The notes beneath the pieces are model-generated. The model saw only the letters and a program-made list of their open reading frames with translations, had not been told where the DNA came from and did no database searches. Of a stretch of 62,921 nt of DNA, positions 1 to 15,001 are shown piece after piece. This stretch comes from Aplysia californica (lineage: Eukaryota). Each line of letters opens with the position of its first letter. Position 1 is the first letter of the stretch. The position numbers were made by a program, and so were the translations under genes. The stretch covers positions 1,284,877 through 1,347,797 of the forward strand of contig NW_004797309.1 of the NCBI RefSeq assembly GCF_000002075.1, read 5' to 3'.

Positions 1-1649
1 GGGCTGTTTGCTTGTTTAATTGTTCGCTCGTTTGTTTGTTTTAATAAATATCAAGGAACTTTATCCAATGTCGTTTTCTTGGTAGATTTTTTTTCTTTTT
101 TTTCGAGTGCCCACAAAAGGAAATTGGTTTATCTTCGTGTGATTTTTAAATCATAACACAGTTGATTGTATTATGTTACCACCAGAAGTATTGACATTCA
201 GTTGTAGTTTAATTTCCCTAACTCGTTCAAATCCCTGAAACCAGTACACTTCTGTCATCGGGTTTCTTGGGTTTTTATATATTTATTTATTTTTAAATAA
301 GAGAAATGTATACTAAAAATCCTAAACAAAGTGTTCTATTGTTCTAAACACTGAAAGCAAATATTTTCATGAAAAAGACAAATCGGTTTCATTATTTTAA
401 TATATTGCTTTTTTCCAACAATTATTAAGAATTTGAAATTAGACCAAATAGTTTTCGAGCCCTTGCAAACCAAGACCAAACATAATGAAACTGAAATATT
501 TTTCTCTCAAAAATGTTGTGCTCAGTAAATCCATAAATCTGAACAACTGTCCTACGAACTGTGTTGCGTGTTAGCGTAACTCGCGTGCACACGATCGAGA
601 CGGTGATGTTGTTTGAGTTGCATTTCATCGCTCAGGACAGAAGCGAGTGACAGCCATTTATACTAGGAAAATGCTTTTTTACTGTGTATTTGCTGGCAAT
701 TTTCATAGATGAGTGTGTCGTGAGCTCAATTGGTTGCATGTGGTTAGCCTACGTTTCAATTCCCAAGGGGAGATTCTTGAACTGAAGGGGAATTTTTTGT
801 TTGTATTGGGTTTTTTTGTTTGTTTGCCCTTGTTGTTGTTTGTTTTGTTAAACCTGGGTTTTGTTTTGGGGATGGAAGAATTATTGGTTTTTGTTCTTGT
901 TTTTTTGTGTTTGTTTGTTTTTCAGTTTTTCGGGAAGGGTGATTTTATGGCTTTCCATCCATGTTTGGACCTATTAAACATTGAAGTTAAATTCAGAGGA
1001 CAAGCTTCTCGGAAAAGCCCCTTATCTTTTATCCATTTATATTTAAGTCTTTACTGACTGACCACCTCACAGTACTTACCGGACCCACATCAACTTCTGT
1101 GTGGCAGAAATATGTCATGATACATGTAATCTCTACATATTATATTAGTGAAAGTTCGTCACTTTGGTCGCCTAAAACTTCCGAACCACTTAACTTTCGA
1201 ATTTGACAAAATGTTAAGGTGGTTCATAATAATTTAACGGGTGTACAGCTCTACTGAGGAGCCTGAAGTCACTGTAGTTTAATTTTCAGTTTTTCATTAG
1301 TTTCGTTTAGATCTAATCTTGGGAAAGTCCGTCTTCTCTGACGCAATTGCAAGCAAGTAAGGTTTCCGTTCACTAGCCATCCGCACTAGTTCTACACCTT
1401 TGAAATTCTGGAGTGTACAACCACGAAAGCGGAATAGAGAATTAATCTACACATCTCTCAAGATTTATTGCTCCTTTCCAGTAGAGTGGAAATATAGTAG
1501 GCCAATGGCTTTCAGTTGATGTTAATTAATGCACAGATCATTCCTTTCATCGAAAGATAGTAACATAATATACCGGGGATTGTTTGTAATTGCGTGTGCT
1601 TGCATGTGTGTCAGAAAGTAAGTGTATGTATGTATTGGTATAATGATAT

Positions 1650-1690
1650 ATGTGTGAGTGAATGTGTGTGTTAGTGTGTGTCTGTGTGTT

Positions 1691-1722
<32 letters not shown>

Positions 1723-1873
1723 CGTGTGTGTGTGTGCGTGCGTACGTGCGTGTGTGTTATTTATTGGTGTGTTATGTGCTTACATTATGCTTGTGCACGT
1801 GTGTGTGTGCGTGTGCGTATGTGTTGTGTGTGGGCGTGTATATGTATGTTTGTGTGTCTCTGTGTGTATGTGT

Positions 1874-1924
<51 letters not shown>

Positions 1925-1932
1925 TTGATGTG
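1650..1932. repeat. Degenerate (TG)n microsatellite
   Basis: Direct reading. Confidence 0.95.
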
Positions 1933-4900
1933 TTAATGCATATGTTTGAATGAGTATGAGTGAGTAAGAATTGTGCAGTGTGGGTGTACTCATGTGAACT
2001 CTTTTTGTCAGTTCGTTATTCTTACTTGAATGTACATCATTGCATAACCTTAGCAGGAGGAATTTTCAAAAAATAATTGTCTCCAAAGGACACCTAAAGC
2101 AACTCATCTTGACATAGCAGAGTGTTAAGGCTGTTAAACATACCGTACAAAAAGCCGTTCATAGAGTACATCAATGTTATGAATAAAAACCGTTTTTTTT
2201 GTTGTATCTATTTTCATTACACAGATTATTGCGTTTTACGACGCATGCTCTAGATAGTGTCTTTCCAGATCCCTCAGCTGTTCATCACAGGTTTTTACCT
2301 AATTGTCTTTTGCCAATTATGAACAGGGCAATTCGAAATTTTAACGACATTGATAAAAAGTATTACTCTAGCAACAGAAATTTGCGCTAATCTAGTACAC
2401 CTGCAAAAAATATTGTTCCGTCTCTGTCTGTTTCTGTCTCTGTCTCTATCTGTCTGTCTGTTCCGTCTCAGACTCTCTNNNNNNNNNNNNNNNNNNNNNN
2501 NNNNNNNNNNNNNNNNNNNNNNNNNNNNNNNNNNNNNNNNNNNNNNNNNNNNNNNNNNNNNNNNNNNNNNNNNNNNNNNNNNNNNNNNNNNNNNNNNNNN
2601 NNNNNNNNNNNNNNNNNNNNNNNNNNNNNNNNNAATTAATTTGACCTCTACATGCAGGCTGATGATGTTATTCTTCGGAATAGGAAACGGCACTAATGAG
2701 CATCAGAATTTAGACTTGTACCGGTGTGACATTTTCTTTGCCTAGTCTCACTCCATCCTTTCATCTGTTTTCATAACTGGAATCGATCGGCTCATCATCC
2801 AAAATGACAAAGCAGCGTCTAAAAAGGCGCCAACTTCGAAATTAAGCAAGACATGCAAATCCTAAGTCTTTTTAATTGCACATTATATTTCATTACTTCT
2901 ATTCCTAATCCCCCCCCAAAAAAAAACACACCAAAAAAAACACAAACGCAAATCCTCTCCATGGTTGATAAAATTAATTATTAAACATTCACAACTGTGA
3001 TTGCAAAGCATTGTTTCANNNNNNNNNNNNNNNNNNNNNNNNNNNNNNNNNNNNNNNNNNNNNNNNNNNNNNNNNNNNNNNNNNNNNNNNNNNNNNNNNN
3101 NNNNNNNNNNNNNNNNNNNNNNNNNNNNNNNNNNNNNNNNNNNNNNNNNNNNNNNNNNNNNNNNNNNNNNNNNNNNNNNNNNNNNNNNNNNNNNNNNNNN
3201 NNNNNNNNNNNNNNNNNNNNNNNNNNNNNNCTCTTTGTATTCTCCCTCTCACAAACACACACACACACACACACAAACACACAGACACACACACACATAC
3301 ACTTACATACACACAGACATAAATAGACGCGCACGCATACGCAAGTCTATACAAAAGAGATAATGTCTTTAGAACAGCCTACGTTTTTAAAATTCCCACC
3401 TCCTCTGCGGTTCCCATTTCACAGCAGAGCTGTCGTAACTTCATTATTTCGAGCAGTAATACCGTCAGCATTGAAAGTTTTGAGGAAAAGAAACCACATT
3501 GCCAGAGGTTACCTTAAGTGCGCACTTACCGACCATTCTCACAGTAACCACACAGTTTCACTAAAGGCCAATAACCATTGTCGTAATTGCAACTGACTCA
3601 AGTAATAAACATAACCTTTACCAAAGGCTACATTTCGTTCTTTATGTTTTCTGAAGTGCACATACTTAACCCCAAAGTGCAGAAGATGTTTCTTCCTGGT
3701 TGCATGGAAGTAATTATTGTTGTTGCTATGTGTTTCATAGAAAAACATTTTTATTTCCCGTGGAATGTGTCTTAAATTAAATATTACCTAGCACAAAGCT
3801 TGTGTGCGTCTTGAAGGAATAATGGTACGTGTGTTTATGGGAATGGGGGTTGTTAAGCGAACAATTTACTCTATTGAGCAACGATGGAAGAAAGAACGGC
3901 ATCTGATATCGTTCAAAGCCTACAGTTTTTTACAAGAACTTCTTCTTGGACAATAGTGACTCAAAAAAGCATCCCTAAAAAGCAGTTTCCGCCAATTGGC
4001 CACACATTTTGAGACAGCGAAGCGAGCTATTAATTTTAACTTTAGTTCAGCTGGGATTGGAGAAGAAATTACTCCAAAGATCCTAAAAGTTGTATCAACG
4101 ATGTTCTCATTCTCCCACTTTGATGAAAAACGTGGTGTGCTTGTCCTGAGATTATAAATGTTTCTTGAGCATTCTATTCCCATTTTCATATTGTGTCTGC
4201 TTCTACCAAAATGCACATTGAAAACTAATGATAAGGTCTACTTGTTTGATTTGCTCGTTGTGAGTGGGATGGTTTCAATTTGCGGTACCTGTTATCAAAA
4301 TGTACGTGTCAGTCATGTAAGGGAAGTGGGTGAAAGGGGCGAGATGCCCTCTAATGTTTGTATTTGATGAAGGGGGTGGGGTCGGGGTGATTAAAGGTTT
4401 TAGGCCAGCAGACTCTTATGAAGAGAAGCTCATAAACTAAAATAACACATGCATTGTGTTGAAATACCACGAACCTTTTTTAGCTCTCTTGAATATTCCA
4501 TTCTTCAAGATGATCGGGTTTTGTTTATCTGTGAGAATAAAAACAACTTATTGAACTGATAAGAATACCCCGGGAAAGACCTATGCACAGCAGTGTGTTG
4601 TTTCATAACGCTACAGTGTTTGTATATGTTTTGAATTTTGACAACTTGACCAGCTGTTTAGTTGGGGTTTTTCTAAGAGGAGGGGGTTGTTCTTGTTGTT
4701 TTGATATTTTCTAAGTGTAGCTAAGTGTCCGACGATGTTCAAGGCAGGAAGGAGAAGTCGTTGTTGAATGCCTTGCCAGCACTGGCATGGAAAGATCAGA
4801 CGATTAAAGAAGGGGATTACATACAAGCATACCGGTAGATTTTGTTTTAACTAACATAATATATTAGTATTAATGTATAATGTTTTATGCTCCACGTTCA

Positions 4901-5472
4901 CTAAATGTGACATCATTTAGTAGGCAGGTTGCTTTGAACCTGTCTTACTGTCTATTAGGGCCCCCCAGGGTGAGAGGGATACTATATCAAGGCAGACATA
5001 CGGAGACACTAGGAATGGAATTTCCCCTTTTGAGAATAGACATCACGGCTTTTGTGTGCGACGACCAACGCATTGTCACTTCAACCCGGACGCTAGTACT
5101 TAAAACTGATCTGCAATAGCTTTGTGCTCTAAGTGTACTCTTGGTTAATTGTGACTGCTGTTGGCTATGAAGAAAACGACTCTTGGCTATTCTGTAGAAA
5201 TATACTACTCTGATGTTTAGCCATATAATTATCTCATATAATCATACCCTCGCCTGTTGTGGGCAAACTTCATTGTGAGTTCGATTTCTGAATGTGGAAA
5301 ATTGTTTTTAAGCGACGCGTTTTGTCTGTCTGCTGGGATGTTGTGTCCCATTTAGCCTGGTTTGACCCTGGCAGGCTGATAGAAATAGCCTGCCTCCTAA
5401 CTAATCAAATTGTGTCGGTGGGGGTGTAAAACCTTAAATCAACCATACAATTCTCTGGTGCTCGTCCCACAG

Positions 5473-5582
5473 ATCTGGACTGACTACAACCTCCGCTGGG
5501 ACCCGGCCAAGTACGGCGGCATCAAGGTGCTCCGCTTGCCTTACGACGAAGTCTGGAAGCCAGACATTCTTCTCCACAACAA
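5473..5582 (+). CDS. Nicotinic acetylcholine receptor alpha-type subunit (alpha7/alpha9/10-like), first visible exon (loop A)
   Basis: cccacag|ATC...AA|gtaagt, 110 bp. Translates [37 protein letters not shown], with the WxDxxLxW and WxPDI motifs of Cys-loop receptors. Confidence 0.95.
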
Positions 5583-6292
5583 GTAAGTTTAAAACGTTCA
5601 CAAAGTGGGAGCAGGAGATTATGCGTTTGTCAGCTTTTGAAACATTTTATTAGTACATTCATTGTCTGTATGTGCGAGTGCGCTGTGTCGTCTTTTTACG
5701 CTTGTGCCCGTTTGTTTTGGGTTGCTTTTATGTTTTGTTTATTTTTTAGAAAGGAAGTAACAGTCTGTCTTGTTTTTGTTTTTGTATTTTAAAAGACACA
5801 AAGAGAAGCGGAAAGCAGTATAAGTGCATCTACAACAAAGAAATTGATCATATCTAAGGCACTCTCATTTTGTCTATGATGTGAATACTTGTCCATAGCT
5901 CATTACTTCCTGTTTATACAGAATGATTTCCTCATTACAATCTTGGAATTTAGACTAAACGAAAAGGTAAAAAGAAACGCTCTGGCTCGAAGTGAGTCAT
6001 TCGGTTTCAGGAAAAGTCATTACCGGGTTTCACCGATTATAACTTCCGCTCACAAGTATGGAGTTTTAATGCAAAAACAAAGTTTCACAAATGAACCAAC
6101 TAGGAACTAAGATTAGGATTTTACGACAAGAATGTTGGCATTTGAATTATCAACAGCGAACGTCGGTCACCCTGCTGTGTCACTACAGAGCAAATTACCA
6201 AAACAAACTCTGTTACTCATCGTTTTGTTCACGCTTCGTTATCCACGACGCCCGACTTTCTGTAAACAACAGAAGCGGGGAGCACTACTATA

Positions 6293-6430
6293 CAGGGGGC
6301 CTACTACGGATGGGATCGGCGGATCGGGCCGATCGCCGGACTCGGTCGCCTCAAAAACAAACTTGTTTGTTTTCCGTTTCAGGCGACCGAGTCGGGCGAT
6401 CGGCCCGATCCAGCCGTAATGGGCACCCCG
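6293..6430. mobile_element. Short fold-back MITE (possibly Tc1/mariner-type ends)
   Basis: Arms 6321-6351 and 6381-6411 are reverse complements at 30/31 bp. Degenerate outer TIRs cagggggcctactacgg / ccgtaatgggcaccccg; TA at the left flank. Confidence 0.75.
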
Positions 6431-6734
6431 TTTAAGGGGAACAACTTTAGTAAGAGAGCAGGTTACTTTTAAAAAAACTTTTTTGGTGTGTTTTTGGAGG
6501 GTTCTTTAATGTAGACGTTTTTCCGGCCCCATCGACACACTGTATTTCCTTTAGCAGGGCTTTTGACCCTACCTGTCATGGCCAACATGGCTGAGAGGGA
6601 TACAATATTCCAGCTGAAAGGCAGAGATACTCAATATAAATTTTATCCCAATTCTCTGGAATCTAACCCGGGGCTTCTGCGTGCCTCAGTGAAGCCCGTA
6701 ACGGCTACACAAGAGACACCGGGTTTTTATTTCG

Positions 6735-7066
6735 TGGAGTCGGACTCGCAACCGTTAGGTCGTGATTTCGAATCCCGTCAGGGGCCTGACGTTGTGTCCT
6801 TGGGAAAGGCACTTATCACAAATTTTCCTCACTTCACTCAGGTGGAAATGGGTACCCGGCTATAGACAGTGAACGATTTTGTCAGTTTGATAGTGTTTGA
6901 GCGTGTGAAATCCGCAGCTTGCACTGTATGCTTCCGCGGAAGCCGAGTATGTTTCTGAGTGTTCTCAGAGGGTTTGCATGGGAAATAATTGTTGTAAAGC
7001 GCACAGAGAATGTTCTTGAGCATAGATATGCGCTATATAAATGCAATTATTATTATTATTATTATA

Positions 7067-7116
<50 letters not shown>

Positions 7117-7117
7117 T
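6735..7117 (+). mobile_element. tRNA-derived SINE with L2-type 3' tail
   Basis: B-box-like gatttcgaatccc; conserved body gtgtccttgggaaaggcactt...gaaatgggtacc; tail gtaaagcgc...gcgctatataaatgc followed by (TAT)n. Confidence 0.8.
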
Positions 7118-9084
7118 TTTAGGGGTACTTTTTCATTTTTTTTTTCGTTTTGTTTTATATATGTAGATTTAAAGCCAAGATAGACATAATATGAATAGGT
7201 CAATTTGAAGGTCCAACTTTAGATTTAAGACAAAGAAAGGAGGAAGAATCACCATGAACACAATACATCAAAGTATTTAAACATCAAATGTATCGATTGT
7301 GACGTACATGTTTACGTGTACAAATCCATTATTGGAGAGCATTCGCACCTCATGTTTGTGTAAAGGAAGGTTATCTATTGCTTATGCCCCCCCCCCTACT
7401 CCCGGCCCACACACACACCCGGTTTGTTCTTCGTTGGCTACTTTTTGGAACTTGAGAGGAGGGGAGGGGGGGGGATGGTACAGTGACCTTGCAAAACAAA
7501 TAGAAATAGGAGGGGTCATATGTTTGGTTAGACGAAAATCTAGCAAGTAAATAAGAATGTGTGAAACAACAATGTTCTCTCAGCAGCTTTTTAGCAAATA
7601 GGAAACAACAGTTCTGAAAGCTCATTTTCAAACTGCTTATACGCTTATTTAATCATATAAAATCTATTGTTTCGATGATCATTGCAATATAGACATTTAT
7701 AATGCTGTTTCTGTTACTGGATATGCGTATAGTGACTTGCAAGTTATGCTACATGTTGAAAGTCCTATTTTCATAATATGATTTATTATCTAACCCCTTT
7801 GTAATGTACGTTAAAGCTCGAAAGCTGTCAAATGTTTGAATAATTCTGAAGAAAAGTACGTCACCAGTAAATTCTGTATCGAAAAATGCTTGATACTAGC
7901 CTTCAGAAATTGCAATAATAGTTTCAAGTCGAGGAGAATATTTTTCCTGAAGAGGTTTTCCACATGACGAGATAACTGACTTGTTTGCTGTGCTGTGTGC
8001 CTCTTTAAAAATGCAGAAGATAGTGGGGTTTTTTTGCGGGTAAAATCCCACCGACCAAAATTATTCAACTCTTTTGAAACGAGAATGTCCTCTGGTGAAA
8101 TCCCAACTCCAGCATACAGCCGTCTCAGACAGAGACACAGAGACACAGACAGAGACACTGAGAAGAAACTGACTAGAGAAAACATGTTTGCAGTATGAGG
8201 ATAATTATTTTTTCCTTATTTTCCGTGTTATTCACCACACCTGTGACTTGTTCAATAAATCTAAAAACGGTTCAATTGAGGTGGTTGTCAAGAGTGTATC
8301 TGAAAAGAAGGAAACTGCTAGAGCGTCGCAATAGTCTCCGTAAACAGCTCGTGGAACACCCCACAGGCATATTGTAAAAAATCTTAGAGATAGGTATGTT
8401 TTTAGAAATTTAAACCTCAAATCCTTCTGCCTGGGCCCAGCATGATACCCTTAAGTCAGCGATTTTCATAAAGGAAACATAATATAAATCAGTCAGAAAA
8501 ATTTTCTATTTTACAATACATGAAGATATTTTGCATAGGAAAGGGTTTAGCCGACTATTGTTTCAATTGGTAAAGAAATATGTTTTCTACTTTACTATAG
8601 CTGTTCTCAACTTATACCTTCAGTTCTTCAATAAAAGTTTCCTCTTATTCTTTATATTTCTTTTTCTCTTTCTGTCGGTGTATGCAAGAATGGAATACTT
8701 TTATATAATAGACTATGTATTTTATCTATGTTGCATTTTGTTCTTCTGTTTATTTACGGAAGTGTGCTTATCTGTTCATGCGTGTATGGCTGTGGTTGAA
8801 TACTTGTGAACTTGTAAACTGGCTCACAGCTTTAAAACTAATTTATTTTCATCATTACTAGAACAACAATCGTTGACGGTAAGAATCAAGTTTAAACAAC
8901 ACTTCCCCCAAGATTGAAGACACCAGGAGGGTTTCTGAGTGAGAGAGTGAGTGAGTGATTGGGGAATTGTCCAACTAACAAAGTTATCTTTGTTTAGCGA
9001 TTTTGGGTTGGAAGAGCGAGTGAAAACAAGAGGCAGAGAGAGACGGATCGAGTGAGCAAGCGGGAGACAGACAGACAGATAGAC

Positions 9085-9092
9085 GGAGAGAG

Positions 9093-9164
<72 letters not shown>
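9085..9164. repeat. (GA)n microsatellite
   Basis: Direct reading. Confidence 0.95.
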
Positions 9165-9166
<2 letters not shown>

Positions 9167-10095
9167 CAGGGAGAAAAATAGAAAGGAGAAGGAACGGGAT
9201 ATATGCGGACACAGACAAACGAAACAAGAACAATGGCATACAAAAATATTAGACGTTGTTCTTTAATTAGAAAACAATGGAGCCAAATCTATCTTAAAGG
9301 GTAAGAGGTATATAAATAAGCATCTAGATATTCTAGGCATTCTTTTTTCAATTCCTATGTGTGGTTGTAAATTTTGTTTGGCTCTGTCTGGGCAAAGTTG
9401 TCGATGTATACAGAGCTGCTTATAAATATGAAGATTGTTGTCGTAATTACAGGATGAGTTCAGTTTTTAATTCCTCCAACACGTTCCAAAATCGCATCAG
9501 ACAATGAAGGGAAATGCTGGCGGCTGTGCTAGGCCACTCAATTATAATTATTCGGCGTGTAATTAGTTATTTTTTGTGGCTTAATCAGCTCTGTGGGTTG
9601 TTTTGGCCTGTTTTGTTTGACTTTAAAATTGAAATAAGATTCATGTATTCTGTGGTTGCTAAATCACAGATCCATCGCTTAGGTAAAATTATATTATTAT
9701 TGTTATCTAGCTCTTCGAGTGTTAAACGACCATGAGACTTAGAACAGTTTATTTCTGAAGCCAACGTTTTTCCTCATTTTTTAACTTTACAGAACCAAAA
9801 CCATCGAATGACAGGACTAGAAAAATAGTTGAACCCAGAGTGAAATCGAAGTTCATACTATACATTAGATCAAGTAGAAATCCAGGAATCCAGCAACACC
9901 TCCTTATCCTTTCTGTAAAAGTGTCCATACTAAAAAAAATGAACACGCTTTGGAGAAATGGCAAGGCTCTGAGAACTACAACAGGAATAAGACTGCTATG
10001 GGAGTAGCTAGAAATAAAGTGTAAAGCACTTAGAGCTTAATTGTGCAGTTGGCAAATTTGCTCCACGTATGCAATTACCTCTATTTTATCCTCAG

Positions 10096-10279
10096 TGCTG
10101 AAGTCTCCACATTCGTCTCGTCCACCTCGTCCAACCTTATCGTGACAAACGACGGAAATGTCACTTGGTTTTCTATGGTGATCTTCAAGAGTTCCTGTTC
10201 TATTAACGTCAGGTACTTCCCCTTTGATGCACAAAACTGCTCCATGCAGTTTGCCTCTTGGTCTTATGATGGATATCAG
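10096..10279 (+). CDS. nAChR exon containing the Cys-loop and loop B
   Basis: ctcag|T...CAG|gtaag, 184 bp, phase matches the previous exon. Encodes the Cys-loop [15 protein letters not shown] and WSYDG (W149 equivalent). Confidence 0.96.
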
Positions 10280-13200
10280 GTAAGAGATTATCAAGATCAC
10301 ATGTAATTCCTGTTCTTTCTATGCTGTAGCAATACACACGTTTGTGTGTTGTGGTTCTATATTCCAGAATGAAGAAGTTATCGACGCAAGACATTAGTAC
10401 TGGGTTTAGCTGTATTTCTGATCGTTATTGGTTTTAGTTGATTATGGACGACTCCTTTTGATTATGCATCTATCATTGTGAATCCATCGCCTGCTACTTT
10501 GTTTGAGCTAGATAATGAACATGTCCTTTCAGCCTCCTGTAGTGCTAGAGAAGATGGTTAACATGGTTGTAGATTTCTCACCAAACCACGAACCTACCGA
10601 CGTTGTTTGATTCTATTCCCGAGAGATCATCGTACGTTTCCACGAGTCCTAAATAGTCCTAAAAATTGTTAAGATTTCTGTTTTTTCACCTTTCATATTG
10701 AATAACTCATCCTAAAGACTCAAGCTACACAATACGACTCATTCTGTAGAAGTGGAGATAAAAGCCCCCCCCCCTCCCATCTTTTCCTGACAAAGTACTC
10801 ATGACACACGTATACGATTATTTGTAGTTCATATCACAATCTCCTGTAGCCGTTTAAAAGTGTCATTGTATAGATTTAACGCATCTCTGTATGCTGTAAG
10901 ATTATCAAAGAGGCTTGGCGTCCGAATGTTACATCCAACTCCTATATAGTACCGAGCTCAATGGATGAAGAGCTTTAAAAAAACGCCCCAGAACACCCCC
11001 TCGGGGATTCCAACCACAGCTCTGTTGTCAAGCATGATACCAATTGAGATAACTTGACGTTACCAATAACTGCCTTGGACAACCTATGCACACGTTTCTG
11101 TTTTGAGCCTGATAATCATACAATCTCACAATTCAGATAAAATATTCTAATAAAAACGTTTCACTCTCACATGCTGAACGGTCTTTCAAAATAGTATCTC
11201 TAGATCCTTTCTCAAAATGAACAGATTCACTTTTTAAGAATATTTTGATGGAAAAGGGATTTGGGACAGTTATTTCCTTTTACGAGGTCTTAGTTTTCTT
11301 TATATTTTTTCGAGTGGGGGGGTAGGGTAGGGATTGTGGGGTTTTGTGTAGAGACTGTTTTACCTATTTTTGGGTGACTGGGTTTTGTGTGTGTTTTGTG
11401 GTTTTTAGAGAGTAGCACGTTGTAGGGGTCTGTGCATGTATCCTTTCAATTAAACATAAAAGGTATTCTTAACCTGGAAGATTACGATGATAATACCGTG
11501 CCTGGTTTTCCCGGGGCAAGGAATATACTCAGCGGTGACAAGATGAAGCAAATCCGAACAATTGCGATCCTCCTCTCTATCCCCAGATAACTTTAACCCA
11601 TTATGTAATGTTGCATAACCACTCTCTTGTAATGAAGGCGTACAGAGTTTCAATTCGTTTCATTTAATTTCTTTAAGGGAGGGGGCGTGTGTCATCAGTC
11701 TGCCTGTCTGTGCGTGCAAGGAAAGGGGAGGGGGCTGATTTTGTTTTGGTTTTGTTTTCTATAAGCTTATGTAACGAGAAAAACTGGGCCGGATTTGTGG
11801 AACATTTAATCCAAACAGTCTTCTACTGGGTGATACAACCATGCATTATTGAAAAAGCACGCCTTTATTATTAAAATTTGAATAGGCGGATACAACAACG
11901 GGCACAATCCTTTCCTGTTTCGATAAAAGAAGGACCAGGGGAGAAAAAGACACATTTGAGACAGGGGATCCGGAGATCTGGAGATTTATTGCTACTTGTC
12001 TCTTGGTTTCATGCAATCGTGATATTTTGCAGACATCGATTACCCATTTCTTCCTCTACATCTATAATGGTTTCTCAATATAATGTAGGTACAAAGATTT
12101 GTTTTTTCGTGACATATGTTGCCTAATGTTACTAATTACTAAATTATTCGTGTATATTAAACAACACATCACTTTTGAGGGGACATCTTGTGTCTCATTT
12201 ATTTATTTTCATTCTTCGTAGTCATTTCTTGTCAAAATGTCGTGCAACCTGCCCATTATCAAATTTCTTTTGAAATTCTGACAAAACTTAAGAGCAAATT
12301 ATAATCCTTTTGTTGAGACCTTCATAAAGCCGTGTGTACTTTCACTACGAGATAAAGTAGATCATATATATTATGCTGTCCTGTTTCCGGAAAAAAACCC
12401 AACAGTGCTACTGACTGAAGCCTCATTAGACTATTCCCCAAGCGGGATATTAACATGCTCTTATGCACAGTTCAATATTGTAAATGGACTGATTTATAAA
12501 TGTTAGGCCCATGTTGTGCCGGAACAACATAGGTGGTGCCTTAATAGTCAAAGAAGACGTTGTGCTGATGAGGGTAGAGAGGTGAGAAGAGTAAGCCTAA
12601 TTCCAAGTTTGGACTTCTCTGTTGACATTCACCCCCTTGGCACTCATTTGACCTTATGCAGTTGCCAGCACCGTAAAACCTTACTAAAACTAAAGCAACA
12701 TTTCAAATACCTCCCAATTACAAACAAATAGTGTTCAAATTTAAAAGAAATATTATTCTAAAGCTTTCTATCAGTCATGATGTTACCTTTTGACCTTAAG
12801 ATGGCTTAATCTCTCATTTGCTTAATATTTAGAACTATTTGTTCACGGCCGCTGTGTTCTTGAAACAACTGAACATTTGGCAAAAAATACCGATTGTGTT
12901 GAGCAGTACTTGCAAATTTAAACGATATCACCCACTAGTTGGCGTTTGGTAATTTTGGTGGGCGGTGGTGTCCACCCCCCCTCCCCCCCCCCCTCCTTTC
13001 CTGTAGTGACAGGTGCTACTTATTTAACGATTCGCTTGGAAATACTTGTTTGGTGCCCGTACGAAATTCTTAACCTCTTAAAGGTGGCAAAAGTGAGCGC
13101 TGCCTTAAAAAACGTTAGCAAGCACTGTTGTAGAGCGTTTCATTTGTCTTTCTTTAAAGACAAAAGCGTCTGAGATACTTTTAAAGCGACTACACAAATC

Positions 13201-15001
13201 AAATCGAACCGAGGGAGCCATGAATACTCCCTAAACATGCCGTTGGCGTTCTTCTTGGATTGATTCTCGGCCCACTACACAGCGAGGTGGCTACATTAAT
13301 CACTACATTGCATCTTCCCTCTATGCTCCATCCAAAGTTCTATGAGTTTCTAATTAAGGTCTATAAATCTATAGAACAAAATTTGATTTACGTCATAGGC
13401 ATTCCCTTCTCGGCGGATCATAAATACGGCCCCAGGATACGGCTGAGAAACATAGGCAGATTATGAGGATAATATTGATTTCTTATAACACTAAAGTTGC
13501 TGCTTAGAGCGAATGCACATAATATCATGTGCGTGCATGTATGCGTATGTGTATTTAGGTTTGTCTGTATGCATCTCTTTGTGTATGTGCGTCTAAGTAT
13601 CTGTGTTTATATGTTTGCATGTGACTGTGAGTTGGACATACACGCAGACAGGCAGATAGACGGACAGTTGTGCTCGCAAGTAAACTCAATGAGACTGTAT
13701 TTATGTCTCGTATATTTCTATCTTTGTGTTCGTGCACGGTAAGTGCAAGTGCCTTTATGCCTATGTGATTCATGTTTCATAGCAAAAATGTTATCCTAAT
13801 TCATAACACTGTGTAAAGGTTCTTATTTTGAGAAAACACATAAGTTCAATCCGAGGCCAGTGTCTGAGGACAAGATGGAAAAATAGCTCTGTGAAAACGA
13901 GAGCTCAAAAAATGACAGCTAATCAGAACAAAAAGTGTCGATTTTTCTTCAATCTTTAGGACGAGCAGATATTTTCATTTTGTGCTCTATTATTTATGCC
14001 TACTAGATTCTAAGCCATTTCCATGGTTTGTGTATCCAAAATAATGAAATGATTATTCTCTTTCATTGTCCGAAATGAGGGAATCCTGACAGTGTACTGT
14101 CACAGTCAAAGGCCTTTTTCTTACACCGTCAGGAAGTCGTTCTCGAGATGGTCCGGGGGTTTGAAAAGTATCTTATAGACTGTAGCCACACAAAGTGGCT
14201 GAGACTACACCAAATCCTACGCATCTAGCCGCTCTTCATGAAATAATGTCCGTAGTAATGACGGGAAAAGTTTCATCTGTCCATTTGTGAATTAATAGAG
14301 CGTTGATATCTTAATAATGCGTAAGTTTCGGGAAATGGCAGGGTACAGTAGTTAAAAGCAAGCGTAACCAATGGAAAAGAGGAAAACAACAGTTGCTAAC
14401 AGCAGCCTTGAACTCTTATCCCTCAGGGGAAACGAAAAACATCAAAGACGAAAGAAAAGACACGTGCAACCTTGGAATATTTAAAGAAAGATCGAGTAGA
14501 TAGACTCTTCATTATTATACTATTAAATCGACTTCCATCCTACCATCTTTCTCACCTTTCAATATTATAGCATCACTTCAAAGAAACGTTTTGGCTAATT
14601 TCAAGCCAAGACTGGTTAGCAGTAGGGGAAGTGATTGTAAGGCATACTCATAAAAAAGCTACCGTTTCCGCGAAGCAATTCAATATCTCCCCAAGCGTAA
14701 ACGTGAGACTCCTTATGGCTTTTAATTATCTTCTATTCTTCTTGATGGCTTCTCTGATTTTGAACGTTGGACGTGATTNNNNNNNNNNNNNNNNNNNNNN
14801 NNNNNNNNNNNNNNNNNNNNNNNNNNNNNNNNNNNNNNNNNNNNNNNNNNNNNNNNNNNNNNNNNNNNNNNNNNNNNNNNNNNNNNNNNNNNNNNNNNNN
14901 NNNNNNNNNNNNNNNNNNNNNNNNNNNNNNNNNNNNNNNNNNNNNNNNNNNNNNNNNNATTCATGTGTTTATGAACGTATTTTGTTGTATTTCTGATGTA
15001 G

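Noticed and set aside
709-752. ag/gt-bounded stretch reading (D)ECVVSSIGCMWLAY, with the same spacing as the 15-aa nAChR exon DEKNQVLTTNIWLQM
   Set aside because: It is 44 bp rather than 45 with the wrong start phase, lacks the conserved KNQ and has a weak donor. Probably coincidence; the true exon is likely upstream of the window.
713-1057. 114-aa hydrophobic ORF (likewise 8531-8809)
   Set aside because: Product of T-rich low-complexity intron sequence, with non-ATG starts.
1658-3363. Many ORFs rich in CV/HT/X here and elsewhere (17.0-17.7, 27.9, 36.1, 39.5, 45.2, 55 kb)
   Set aside because: Translations of microsatellites and N-runs.
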